A DNA stretch of 63,249 bases, filler included, from Octopus bimaculoides (Eukaryota): the NCBI RefSeq assembly GCF_001194135.2. It is 5 parts of 5 records of this genome, joined end to end, with 100 filler letters (N's around TTAATTAATTAA, not from the genome) between each part and the next. Parts side by side here need not be neighbours in the genome. Positions count along the whole stretch, not along the records: positions 1 to 18,689 come from NC_068985.1; 4 more parts are not named here. The stretch is one strand, 5' to 3'. Made by a program: the position numbers and the translations under genes. The notes below the pieces were generated by a model that saw only the letters and a list, made by a program, of their open reading frames with translations, made no database searches and had not been told where the DNA came from. Shown here piece after piece: positions 1 through 14,100 of the stretch. Position 1 is the first letter of the stretch. Each line of letters opens with the position of its first letter.

Positions 1-794
1 ATATATATGTATGTATGTATGTATGTATGAGTCGTAATTGAATTGAAAAATCGTTTGATCTTCTGAGACATTGTGCCGAAAGTAAATTACATTGTGGAAG
101 AATTAAGAATTATGACGGACATATAAAACACATTTTAACACGCATATTCTCTCGTCTGTTTTTTATTGAGTGGAATTAAGTCGGATACCAGTATTTGAAA
201 GTGTCCAATATAGAATACTATAATAAAAGAAATAAAGATAGCAATGTGTATGTGCGCTTTAAATGTGTATCATAAATAAAACACAATATAATTATAGGTG
301 TAGATATTTGTATTTCTGTGTAACGTAATATTTGCTTAGTATATATGTGTGTAAGTACAACTATACGGTCAGTTTTCTAGTTCGTTAGGTTTCCTTTTAG
401 CATTATTATTTTCAACCGAATTTTCCGTTTGTTACACGTCGTTGATATTTTGTGCTTAAGAATTACTCGTTAGGTTTTTCACTGTATAGAGCTGTTTGAA
501 ATATGCTTCACTGCATATTGTTTTAACTTTTACCGCCTTCTACATTGAAGTTTTACATTGCATTACTATTTCTTTATATATGCTGGTGACGTAATNNNNN
601 NNNNNNNNNNNNNNNNNNNNNNNNNNNNNNNNNNNNNNNNNNNNNNNNNNNNNNNNNNNNNNNNNNNNNNNNNNNNNNNNNNNNNNNNNNNNNNNNNNNN
701 NNNNNNNNNNNNNNNNNNNNNNNNNNNNNNNNNNNNNNNTATATATGTATACCCGCATATACACACATACATTATATACATGTATATATATAAG

Positions 795-842
<48 letters not shown>

Positions 843-1506
843 CATATATATGTACGTATATATGTATATATATTCTTTTGATGTATATCTCAATGAAATT
901 GCTTGTTTATACAAGAATAGATTTTCTTTCGTTTGAACTTTCTCTACTGTTACCAACACATCAGTATTTTTCCCTTTCGTTAATACATTTATTTGTTATT
1001 TCTCTATTTGCTTTCTCACGTTTGACTGTTTACGTTAGTTAAGTTATTCTATGTCGTGATTTTTCTAATATTTTTATTCTTTTTTATTTGCTTTATGGTT
1101 TGGAGGGAATAATTCGTTGTGTGGTCGTATAATTCACTTATATTTCCATCATGGCTTTATATCTTTCTCGTTTCTTGATTCCCACTTGGGGATGTTGCTT
1201 TCTTCTTTAAAAAAAATCTCATTTTATATTCCTGTGTATTCAGATAATAGTGAAACAGTGGCATAATATGCGATATTTATATGTGATAAATCTAGTCAGA
1301 TGCTTGTTTTTTTTAGGAATAGTTAGACATTATACTGGTTGTTGTTGCTGTTCTTGTTATGTTATCGTTTTTGCTTAGCTTTAGGTGTTTTCATCTGCAT
1401 TCTTTAGTCTCATTTGATATCTATTCATACAACACAATACACGCTCTCATACACACATACAGCACACAGATATACTGACACATTAACATGCGTGTTTTTT
1501 ATATCC

Positions 1507-1882
1507 TTTTCACTTGTTTCAGTCATTCAACTGCGGTCATGCTGGTGATGACCTGAAGGATTTGTTCGAATAAATCGCCCCAGTACTTTCTTCACTTTAA
1601 AGTCGCACAGTTATTGTATCGGATACTTTTGCTCTACAACCAGGTTACGTCGATGTAAACAAACAAACATCGATTGTCATGCGGTGGTGGGGTAAACAGA
1701 AATAGAAAGGTACACCTCTCACAAACACACATTTATATGCTACGGTCTTCCACACAGTTTCCGTCAACCAAATTCACTCAAAAGGCATTGGTCAACCAGC
1801 GGTTGAAGACACTTGCTCAAGTTGACACGTACTGGTACTGAACCCGAAATCACATAGTTACAGAAGCCTCTTAACCATAAAC
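1507..1882 (-). mobile_element. Old tRNA-derived SINE, family A
   Basis: Diverged match to the copies at 36528-36917 and 19443-19601 (tail, microsatellite spacer, head). Confidence 0.7.
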
Positions 1883-4345
1883 TATTTAAAGGACGTGGCG
1901 GTCTTCGCTGTTCAGCCAATACTAAAGATGCATATGGAGTAATTCGTAAGATGAATGTGGCAGCTGACAGATGCTAAGGGGTATTTGATATCAATCTGGG
2001 AGCCTTCGCTCGCTTGGTGTTCGACAACTAGTAGCCTCTCAGCCCTTCAGAGGCGTGTACTTTGTTTCTTTTCTAGATTGTAAATATGTCTCTCGTGTTA
2101 TATTTCGATTCCAGCCCTGTCATATCTCTACTCCAGTGTAGATTTGTTGCAGCCTTCCTGTATAAAATGGTTTCTATTATATTTTTATATCGGTGTTGTC
2201 AATAAAGACATAATAATAGTTATTTTCATTACTTTTATCATTGCTATTACTGCTTCGTCTTTAGTTCAATTAAGGTGTTAAACTATGTTGTGAATCAAAA
2301 AATAATATTAATTATTTTCATTGCTATTATTTTCGTTAGTATTAGGTTGTCAACATTTTTATTACATTCGTTTTTGCTTAGTCTCATGAATCTCGGCTAT
2401 GATTACCAGCTCTCAAATCACAACTCCTATCTTAGAATGGTACATTGTCTACTGGAGACATTGATGCATTGCGTCTTGGAAAACTACGAGATGGTCACGC
2501 CCGAATAATTTTGAACATATAGCCATTCATTCGACTAAATTTCAAACTGATTAAACGTGATATGAAGCTTTGTGAATAATTAAACATCTTAACAGTAAAC
2601 TTTACAGCAATAATGGAGATGTTAACATAGAGTTACCAGCTAATTGTGCTCAGCAGAAGCTCTATGACCGAATACCTATGTAGTTCGTTTCACAAACAGG
2701 AGGTTGTGGATTCAATCTCACTGCGTAACGTTATGAGGAAATCTAATTTTCTGTAGTCTAGGGACGATACATGCTTTGAGAGTGTATCTGAGTACATGAT
2801 AACAGTATAGAAGCCCGTCTGATGGATTGTTCCTATAATTCAAATGTAAAGCCTTGTCATATGCATTACGTCGTACTGATTCTGCCCGAGAATTAGGCTG
2901 AAGATTAACACGTGTGTGAAATCAGACATCTATTCCTTAATACAGGAGTGGGTTATTCAGTTGATAGAGCAGATATATATATCTTCATCGTCAAACGACA
3001 GATATCCATCATCATCATCACCAGTTTTCAATCTAGATAATGACGTGACAGAATCATTAGAATGTTGGACAGAATCCGTCTGTTTATCCTGTGAGGTCAA
3101 ATACCGCCAAAGTTAGCATTGCCTTCCACCCTTTCGGGTTTGATAAAATATCTTCCTGTCTAGGACGATGCGCAGGAGGCTGTTTTTCAACATCATACGT
3201 TTTACGGCTGTTCGGATTCTGTATGGATTCAGAAATTAACTGAAGCAGGAACTTTATTTCAACCACAATATTGTAACAAAAGGGGCAATTTTCATATTTT
3301 ATTATTTTATTTATGGTATTTAAAACAAAATGTGACATTTTTGGAGGGATTAGTAACCGAAAATATGCCACATTGTGCATGCGTCTTGTTTTTTGCCTTT
3401 ATATTCACACATTAAGTAACATAACTGTTTTTGTTTCTTGGAAATAATAAAGATCCTATTCTATAAAGATCTGGCACAATTCAAGTGTCTTAAATACTTT
3501 CGGTTACCCTGAAACTATTAGTTGGATGTACAACATTACTATTGTCGTTTTCTTGTTTGCACTTCATTATAGAATTGATTGTATTAACTGCCTCACAGAA
3601 ATCTTCTCTTTTGTCACATATCAAGCTTATGCAGTTGTATAGTATCTTTATATTTGATGCTATCAGCTATTAATGAAGATTCTATTTAAATAATTCACCT
3701 TTAATTATTGTTCCTTCGCATATTAGCTTTGAATAACTTAATTACTAGAAACACACGCAACTGTGACAATAAATAATACAATAACGTATATTAAGGGGTC
3801 TAATTGTATCCTGAAGATTACGATCAAGTAAAATAGACTGAACAACTGATGAACAACAAAATGTAATAGATTTTGTAACATAGACGTAAGACATGAAATT
3901 TATGGTAGAGGAATAATGGATTATATCGACTCCAGTTTTTGATTGGTACTCTATTTCATTGTCCCCTTCGGATGAAGAGCAATTTCACTTCGTAGGATTT
4001 GAAATCAGAATACATAACGCTGAAACATACCGGAAGTAATTTTGGCCGATGCTGTACTGATTCTCTTAGCCCATAGCTATTAAAAGTCCAGTTTCTGATA
4101 CAGGCATGAGGCCAGCAATTTCGGCAAATCGATCACATCATCTGGTACTTATAGTATCGATCCCAGGATGGTTGAAATGCTAAGTCGACCTTGGTGGAAT
4201 TTGAACTCAGAACTTAAAGACGAACGAAATGCCGATAAGGATTTGTCTCGGTGCGCTAACGATTCTGTCAGCTATCTACCTTAGCAACAACAACAACAAC
4301 AACAATAACAACAACATCAGCAACAAAAACAACAGCAACAAAACC

Positions 4346-5442
4346 AATACTGTGTCGATATATTAGAGAAAACCAGGATCAAGTATCCCCCAATCTGAGG
4401 TACATTGATCAACGCAAGCTCAAAGTTGAAAGCGTAAAGATAGATTCGGTCCTTGGGCTGTTCCACATGAGAAATATAACTGAAACTAGCAAGATTATTT
4501 GGGCTGCAGCTATGATTGCTACTGGCAGAGTTTGATAGAAAAGAAGAGAACGAACAGAACGTAAAGAACCATATTGGGGTAGACGAATTTCTTCGAAAAA
4601 AGTTAAAAAGATATTTAGGACAATAGATTGAGAAGTGGGGAATTGCAGAACGAAAGCATAGGAAAAACACAGATGAAGAGATAAAAGGTATGATGAAATA
4701 TTGAAAGAATTGAAACAAAGAGTAGTAGCAATGAAAGCAAAACTGGAAAGATACGACAAGAGAATAAAACAATTCAGGCAAAAGAGATTGTTTGAAGAAA
4801 ATCAGAAGAAACTGTTTCAGGAATTAGATGGGCATTTACACGTAACAAAGATAGATACCAGATGCAGAGAAAAGCAAGGCATTCTGGAGAGTGATCTGGG
4901 ACCAACTTGTAGAGCATAATGATGAAGCGGAGTGGCTGCATGAAATCCAAACTAGGTTAAGAAATATAGAAGGCCATGAAGACAAAAAATAACTACAGAA
5001 ATGATGAAAAAAATATTTAAGAAAATTTCTAAATTGGAAGAGCCCTGGAACGGATGGGGTACAAGTTTATTCGATGAAGAAGCTGAAAGGATAGTGCAAC
5101 AGCTAGATAAATGCTTGCAGGAAGTCGCAGTCCCCAGCTGGATGACAAAGGGAAGACATTCTTATGTGCCATGGATGCTGAAAAGGGCAATGTTGTAACA
5201 TGCCTTCCACTGTATGGAATAGCATGAAGTACTGGAGAACGGAATTGACAGCAGGGAATCAAATATTAGGAGAGGTGAAAATCAAGAGAAGTATTTTGCC
5301 GGGAGACAGTGTGTCCCCACTGATCTTCATGCTTGGAATGATCCCCTTGAGTAAAATACTACAGAAAACAAAGTTGGAGTATGATCTGGGAAGAGGTAAG
5401 GGAAAACTGAACCACTTGTTATTCATGGACGACCTGAAGCTA
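4346..5442 (+). mobile_element. Decayed R4/Dong-like non-LTR retrotransposon fragment (pre-RT and RT)
   Basis: Frameshifted translations: NITETSKIIWAAA, LKQRVVAMKAKLERYDKRIKQFRQKRLFEENQKKLFQELDG, KWKSPGTDGV, GDSVSPLIF, NHLLFMDDLKL. A large deletion removes RT motifs between KGQCCN and STVWNSMKYW. Confidence 0.8.
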
Positions 5443-6440
5443 ATTTCGGGCAATACTTATACACCTTGTAGCTCACTCCGTCGTTCGCTGGTGAACTTTT
5501 TGCTCTTGCTTTTCTTATGAACTCATCCATTTCTTTTTGTTTGATGTCACTCGAATGGAATGGTACCCTTAGTTCAGGTGATTTCTTCAGCCCGTGCATT
5601 TTTTGGAGTAATTTCTTTCTGTCAGAGTTGCTGTAGGTTCCTTTCAGATGGCGCTCGAGCTCCTCTTTCGTGCAATCCAATCTTCCGCTTTTACTTTCAG
5701 TAAATAAACGTTTCGCATATTGGTATGAGTTGTTTACAAAGCTAAAACAGTTCTTTTCTCTTTCCTTTCTTCTGCTCTTCCTTCTTTCTTTTCTTAATAG
5801 CTCTCCATGACTCTTTTTTTATCTCTTCATATAGATGCTTTAACCCTTCTCTTTTTCCCTCCTTTGCATCCCTCCCTTTTTTTTTTCTCTTCTCTTCTCG
5901 TATCTTTGCGATCCGTCTTTCTCTTCTCGATGGTCCGCCCTTTGGCGATGATTCTCTGTTGTTTCAAGTCCAAATCTTTCTTCTCCTTCCTGGTAGATCA
6001 TATTAGCCAAGCTCTCGAGCCTTTGTTCATCGTCCCCTTTTGTTCGTGGTCATTCTTGCTACCTCGTCGTCGAATTTTTTATAGCTCGCTGCATCATTTA
6101 CCTTCGGCCATTTAATCTTTGGCTTCTTCACGCCTATCATTTTTTTGGCTGTTCCGATTCAACTGTGGAATGACCACCACTATGGTTTCTTTCCAGGAGG
6201 TTCTGGCCACACGTCTGGTAGTTTTTCAACCCACGCTTTTGAATTACTTTCCTCTGACACACCTTCCCTTCATGAATTCTCAGTCCTATGTAACTAGCAA
6301 ACACCATTCCGCAGCAGCTTAATTCCTCATCTACCATTCCTTTACCGCTTCTTTTCTCCTTGTCCATTTCCGGTCCGGGTCCATTCCCTTTTTTCCGTTC
6401 CTGTTTGATCCTTTATTCTCCTCCCTTGCTCCGGGATCAT
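5441..6440 (-). mobile_element. Decayed Hero/NeSL-like non-LTR retrotransposon, 5' half only
   Basis: N-terminal zinc-finger-like CCG..FASYIGLRIHEGKVC, then KIKWPKVND..YKKFDDEV, RRERRIAKIR, SGRLDCTKEELERHLKGTYS, KARAKSSPANDGVSYKVYKYCPKL. These match my recollection of Hero ORFs. Confidence 0.75.
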
Positions 6441-9400
6441 AGGGGTAAAGAAAGAGAAACCGTGACGTTTTAATCGTTTTTATTATTTTAGAGTTATGTA
6501 TTTCACAGTGGCAAAATTTGTAAAAGTATTCAGTTGATTGTTAAGTTTTCAAAACAGTATCTGAATTTATATTAATTATTTGAAGTGTCTTCTTAGAAAC
6601 GTGTTTCGTGAAATGTATATATCTCTGCAACTACATAATATTTTTGATTGTTGCAGTAAAAAATGAAAAGTTTCCTAAAAGGTTCCAGCTGGGTAGCAGG
6701 TCCGTTGTATTCTCAGTCCAAGACAATTTTGATGCCCTATTATGGTAAAAATAATTTCCCAAACCACATGAAGGTATTTCATTTAGTGAACTTATACTGT
6801 TGAATATTAAATGAAGCTGCTCTGTATTTGTGCTGATTCAAGTTTATTTCTCATAATATTAAACGGTTCACTATTTACTCTGTTACACATCATGCATACA
6901 TTTAATTCTCTGGAAGGAAACTACTTATGCTTCAAGAAGACATAGTTATGAATCTTTCTTTTTATTTTTTTGGCAACGAAACCAACAAATTATGATAAAT
7001 GCACATAACAAATCAATGTTTCATTTAGTCGTAAAATTCATTTAAATTTTAGAAATTATACATCTAATAACCCCCATGAACTTAGAGGACAGTCTCATGA
7101 AGAAATTATTTCTCCGGAGAGAATGAATACAATAGCGAAAGTGCCTAAAGTACATAAAATTTAGCAAAATCAAAATTCTGTCTTTTCACCTCTGATCTTT
7201 ATACATGTATCACATACACCGTCAAATTAAAATCCTAATTACTATTCACAAACTAGTTAAAAGTTTTAAATAATTGCAGTATAATTACATGTGACGTCTG
7301 AGGGAAATGTTATCAATCAATGCAAAAGTCAATAATATTTCTACATTTCAACGCCAGCTTTAGGATAAATTGCCAAAACAAATCCATTTTATTTGAATGC
7401 CAACTCTGTTGAATTATGTAGCATTCAAACGGTGCAGGGCATAGGTTGGCAAAATTTTTGCAGTGTCAAGTTAGATTCTACTATTTATCGAGTTCAAATA
7501 CCCTTAAAGTTGATTTTGGATTTCAATCTTCAAGACGTAAAATCTAAAGAAAAAATAAATATAAACATATGAATGTGCATGACTTAGTATTTAGGATGTA
7601 TAGTTCAGGAGCGTTAAGTCGTTAGTTCATTACTAGGAGAGTGCGACACGCTGAGTCATTGAGCATGACATTTCATATCCCTCAAATAGTTCTTGCTGAA
7701 TATGGCAACAGGAAATTCCTTCTGCGACGGAATGGAGTCCCAAATTACTCAGAAGCATCCTAAATGGCTTGAAAATAAAGATTATTCCGGCTTCATGTAC
7801 CTATAGCATCAAAGGTTCCTACCGAAATATTGGTATCGATACAATCAATTATATTTCACACTACCACCACCACCACCACCACCATATAAAATGTAAAATA
7901 TAACGTTCAAATGCTATATATTTCAATTTGAGATATTGTTTGGCAACAACATTAAATAAAGGAAAGAAAACAAACGATAATATATTCCTTGACAAGCTAA
8001 ATGGATTGGGGTGGTTATAGTTATACTGAATAAAATTTCACACAAAGCTAATAAACAGCAACTGCATATTCAATGTTCATGAAGTATTTTTCTCTGTTAC
8101 AATTCTGGTAGTGCATGGAATTTAATTTCAGCAACTTAAGTAAAGTATGACATAACTAATTAAATGTTATATGTAACAAAGTAGATCAAGAGATAAATTT
8201 ATATTTTCAGGTTCGTTTTCTTCACGGGTCTTAATTTCGCTTCATGCAAATTTGCATTAAATTAAATACTGCATGCTAAGTCAATTGTTCTGAAAAGAAA
8301 TGCACCAAAAAAACTTGAAACAATTTTCGATAGTAGCAAAGTATCTGACTCTAATCGGCCATTCTTACCTCTGTGTTAGTAGTTGCATTATCCATAGCTG
8401 GTAGGAATGCGAAATATTAAGTCTAACATGATGAAATCGACGTTGGATGTTGTTGCAAAATATTTGTTTAGTTATATACAAATGTCATTATAACTGCATA
8501 ATATTCCTATAGAATAAATCATTATAAACAGTTCACTTGAGTACCCTAATATAGCGCGTACAGAAATTGTAAATAAAGAAACCCAGGAATGGTAAACATC
8601 TGCATGACATATAGCACCGGAATAAAACCTTATTTAATACAAAATATAAAGAACATATTGATGTGTAATCAATTGGAAAGCTTTATAAATACGCATATCA
8701 CGATATTATACAATGTACTGTAGCCGTGTACGACATAAGAAATGTTTTTCATATAATGGGAAAGAATCTATAAACACAAGATCGTTGATAATGGAATAAT
8801 TAAGACTTTAATCATGGCTTCTGCAAGGGCCTAGAGAATAGCAGAACTGAATGTTAGGAACATGCAAGAAGCAAATAGAGGTTTAGAAAATATTCGTTAT
8901 TATTGAATAACAATAATAAATAGAATTGCTGATCAGTATGTTGCATGCTGGAGAATTCATGTTATAAACAGAATTCTAAAGGTTTCACGTTTATCGTACA
9001 AAGGTATTTACACAGACGAATGGTAACAGTGTCTAAAAAGCATTAAATGTCGACGAGATTCCTTAACATATTGTCGCAGATTGCACGAATAAAATTCAAG
9101 TTTACAATATTTGCGAAGCATAGTTAATACACATTTAACTGTTTCCTTATAATATTTCACTAATTAGTTATATAATTACTTTTTTTTAATTTTTAGATAT
9201 AACTTAGTAATAGTCATCATATATTGATTTGTGAAAAATCAATATTGCTAATCACATACACGGTGTATTGCACAGAGACAACTTACAATAGGCCATCATC
9301 AAAGCAGTTACCAACTTAAATGAATGCGTTATAGTATTTCGGAAAGAGAGTGTTAAAATACTTTGCGGACGCGGTATTAAAAATGCCAACTAGAAATTCT

Positions 9401-10800
9401 AGAAAAAATATGCGAAGTGGGAAGAAAAATAACATTAAGTGTTAATCTTATTAAAATTTTCCAGCATGCACAGCAGACAATTGAATGTGTTCCGATCATT
9501 TAAGACACATATAACTGTTCATTATTTTGTTTTCTTTTTTGTTTTCTTTTTTTTTGTATAAACTGAAAGAAGTGCTGTACTCTTTGAAATTCACTGCTAC
9601 TTCCAAAACTGATGAGATTGATACAGTTAAAGCGTTGCCATGATTACAAATCTTAGATTGCAGTCACACGCATAAACACACTCACACTCACGCACAAAGA
9701 CACGCACACACATACACACGCGTACACACACACGTACACACACATGCTCATATACGCGTTCGCGCGCATATGATTAACACACACATATGGTGTTTATACA
9801 TATCTTGATTAAAAGTTTTGACATTATTCGACTCGTCGAATAGTAGGGGACCTCTCCTGTCACGATTTTGTAATAGATATTTTATTTCAATTACAGTTAT
9901 ATCTTAAGCAGTTATGTTTCAAAGTTGTCAAAACTGTGGTTGGTAGATGTGATGAGGTGTGGGATTTGAAAATGTTTTAAAGGGCATATGTATATGGAGT
10001 TAAAATGATTTGTAATCAATCTTGTTTGCATTGATTACAAATCAATATAGAGAAAATAATTTTGTTTCAATCTCTGTTTATATGACTCTTCAATAATTTA
10101 GGCAAAACATATTGAAGAAAAGTTCAACCTTACACTATGCTTGCACTTCAATATGGTTTTATTTAAAATATGAAGAAACAGTGTATCGAGTATTTATGCG
10201 ATTCCGTCTATGAACGCGTATGCTGATACCAAACACGTCTGTGCTATTTTTTAATTATCAATAAGTTATTATTATAAAGAATAAATATTTTTCTAGCTTG
10301 CAATAATTTTGTACTTTATTAGCGGTAATGGCGGAATTAATGATTGACAAATTTTGTATAGGAGTGATTTACTTCAGGAACTGGATGAATGCATATTTCT
10401 ATTTATCAACGGTGTGCGTTACCGAATCTATTGTCAATGTACTATTGTTCCAGGATACTTATCGACAACGTTTCCGAACTTCTTTCTTTAGATTTATCCA
10501 GAATGTTTCTATTTATTCTTTCCTCTGTTTTAAAGATTCTTCAATTCTTGTTATGAAATGTTACATTATTTTACAAATTATTTTACAAATATATGTTTTT
10601 GCATAGCATAATTAGCTGTAAGTTATTAATTTCATTTTGCTTAGGAAGATCAGTCAATAATAATAAATACCGAAACTAGTCGCGGGTAGATCTACAGAAA
10701 GCAAAGCATGTAGTTTAATTAGAGTATTCACTTCACACTGAGAAATTAAGCATGTGCTTTAAAAAAATTCAGAGGGTGATTACACCAATAACAAACACAC

Positions 10801-11190
10801 GTTCTTGTTGTTGGCACTCCGTCGCTCACGACGTCGAGTGTTACAGTTGATCCGATCAACGGAACAGCCTGCTTGTGAAATTAACGTGCAAGTGGCTGAG
10901 TACTCCACAGACACATGTACCCTTAACGTAGTTCTCGGGGATATTGAGCGTGACACAGAGTGACAAGGCTGACCCTTTAAATTACAGGCACAACAGCAAC
11001 AGGAAGTAAGAGTGAGAGAAAGTTGTGGTGAAAGCGTACAGCAGGGTTCGCCACCATCCTCTGCTGGAGCCTCGTGGAGCTTTTTAGGTGTTTTCGCTCA
11101 ATAAACACTCACAACGCCCCGTCTGGGAATCTAAACTGCGATCCTATGACCACGAGTCCGCTGCCCTAACCACTGGGCCATTGCGCCTCC
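10801..11190 (-). mobile_element. Full-length tRNA-derived SINE, family B
   Basis: Head ggaggcgcaatggcccagtggttagggcagcggactc with A box and degenerate B box. Body is shared with 30020-30280 and 2640-2915. Confidence 0.85.
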
Positions 11191-14100
11191 AACAAACACG
11201 CATTGGAACTATTTCACTACTTTAACTGGAATTAGTCAACTAGGTAACCATTAAACCAATTGACCAATCGATTGTTTGTTCGGTCAATCAATCATTTAGC
11301 AAGATTTCTCAGATTTCTTTCGTCACCATCCTCGGCCTCATGAAGGACATATCATCGCTGATAGATTAATTGATAGATAGAAGGTCCACGCGCTTAATCA
11401 AGGAATCGATTAGTCATTTGGTAAAAATAGTTTTAAATTACACTAATTATAATACATGAAGTGAAATAAGACCAGTGCCTGTTTTTCTTATCATAATGAC
11501 CTACTCAAGTGGCAATGAATTCTATTTCAGCTCCAGATGAAAAATCTTACAATCCAAAAACGTACACACGGTCCTTGAGTCACACGCGCGCGCACCCGCG
11601 TGCACACACACACACACACACACTCTCTCTCTCAAATACACGCGTGCGCACACACGTCAAACACGAGTAAATACCAGTACACACATATACACACATGCAC
11701 ACACATATTGCATGGTCATCTGTCTCTCATTCTGAGACAAGACATTCTCTATAATATTTAATGACAACCTTATCAACAGAGAACGTCCTATCTTAGTAAT
11801 GTCTTGTGACGCTGTGCTAACGTATTGTAATAGATTTTGATAATAGTTCTGCAAAATATAAATAAATTTCATAAATAACAAATTAAAATGTCAATGTTAG
11901 CGTTTTGAATTCAATGTTGAATTTTTTAGATTTCCTTTTTATTTTTCTTCTGTCTATGTAATTAAGCACAAACCAAAACTAAAAACAATCTATACTGAGA
12001 ATGTTTACAAAGAATATGGTTAAAAGAATCCATTAAGCAAGAAAATTAAAAGCATGCAAAAACAATAGCCAGCTCTGGGGATGGACTGATAAAAGAGAAT
12101 TGTTTCGATATTTTCATCAACCGCTATTCTATTGTGTTACAGACACACACACTTACATATAAACCCAAATAATACACATTGACTTACATAAGCAAACACA
12201 CATGCACATATAATACTAACATACACATATACACGCACACATTGGCGCACACATTGGCGTACGCACACACTGCCATTCTCACATTCATACACATACACGC
12301 TCTCACATACGCACGCATAGACATATACTTTGAATGAAAAGTGTAAACAAAATATTCTCATACACACACATCGCCATTTCTAATTTTCCAGTTTTGAAAG
12401 CAATAAGAAAAACAACAGCAATTTATTCGAGAAAAACTGGAGATTAAAATGAAAAACTATACAATGAATAACTAGATAAAACTTGTAAGTTTTGAGATTT
12501 TAAATTTTATAAAAATTTCAAAAAAAGAAAAAGGAAAGAATTTGATTTTTGAATTATATAATAAATTTTGTGTATGAACTGGAAACGAAATGAAGTGCGT
12601 TAGTTAGAAGTTGTTCAGTTCTGTTCTATGAAGAAATGGTTGTCTTCAGACCTTGACTTCACGGAAATGGTAATCTGTCTTAAAATGACACCTGTATAAT
12701 AATATTAAAAGTTTTGAATATCAATACCTGAAAAAGAAAGAAAATACAATGTCTGTCTGCGTGTTTCTCAAAATGGCGTATTGATACTTTATCTTTATAT
12801 AGAGCATATAAGGTCAGACCATCGAATAGCGGGCGATCACAGAGACATGAATGCTCTCTGTGACCTTACATGAAAGACTTGAGGATTATCTGAGATTTCA
12901 TTCTATGTAAACACTTCCTCATAGCAGAGATAAAGACAAACCTCATATTATGTCGTGAAGTATATATNNNNNNNNNNNNNNNNNNNNNNNNNNNNNNNNN
13001 NNNNNNNNNNNNNNNNNNNNNNNNNNNNNNNNNNNNNNNNNNNNNNNNNNNNNNNNNNNNNNNNNNNNNNNNNNNNNNNNNNNNNNNNNNNNNNNNNNNN
13101 NNNNNNNNNNNNNNNNNNNNNNNNNNNNNNNNNNNNNNNNNNNNNNNNNNNNNNNNNNNNNNNNNNNNNNNNNNNNNNNNNNNNNNNNNNNNNNNNNNNN
13201 NNNNNNNNNNNTATATATATATATATATATATATATATTAGGTGTATAGCCAAGTCCCTTAATGGCTGCTGCATACAGATGCACTAAATGGTTTTCAACG
13301 TTAAGAGTGTATTGTTAATAACACTACGTCCCCCCACCGCCTCAATTCACCACCTAGGTATCCCGACGACATCTGCAGTTTGTTGGCTACTCTAAAAGAA
13401 ATGTACAGTCTTCTGTTGACTTTCTTATCACATATGGCATTAACCTATACGAGCATGGACTAGGGAGGTCCTTTAAAAACCGTTGTTGGGCCCCTGATAG
13501 TAATGTGAGATTTTGCTGACGATAGTTACACACTGACCATAGAATGAGATATGTGACATATCCATTACTGCACCGGATGAAAGTTCATAATCTAAGTATT
13601 CTAGTAGATAGACAATGATAAAGATAATGATGATGATGATTAGGCTGATGGTGATGCTGTCCTTGCTGCTTCTGCAGGCGCTGCAACTGATGATAATGAG
13701 GCCACAAAAGAATATCAAGGGGTGCGTACAGAGTATTCAGTTGCATGGTATCGAAAACTGAACTGAAATGTTGGTGCTTAGACTTCACGTTGATGCTACA
13801 TTAACCAGGTTTCTCATGGATCACAAAGCATGTCATATAATAACCTCAAGAGTAAAGAGGAGATTTATGAACTCTTTCCAACTGTCTCAACTACTGATGC
13901 TCAAAAGTAGCGTAGGCTTTTAACTCACTCACTGCTATTGTGCTCAATAATTAACCATAGTGCTATCGTTGGCAGAGGCACAATATGAATTTGAGGAACT
14001 ACGAAAGTTACTGGGGGATACAAATGACTACTTAGCGCCTTGTATTGCACGGCATCTGATTTTCGGCCTCTTGATGAAATCATACATGTGTGTACGTATC

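Noticed and set aside
11100-11190. tRNA gene (also 34320-34398, 26825-26900 and the family A heads)
   Set aside because: A/B-box-like heads continue into repeated SINE bodies, and I could not fold a complete cloverleaf.
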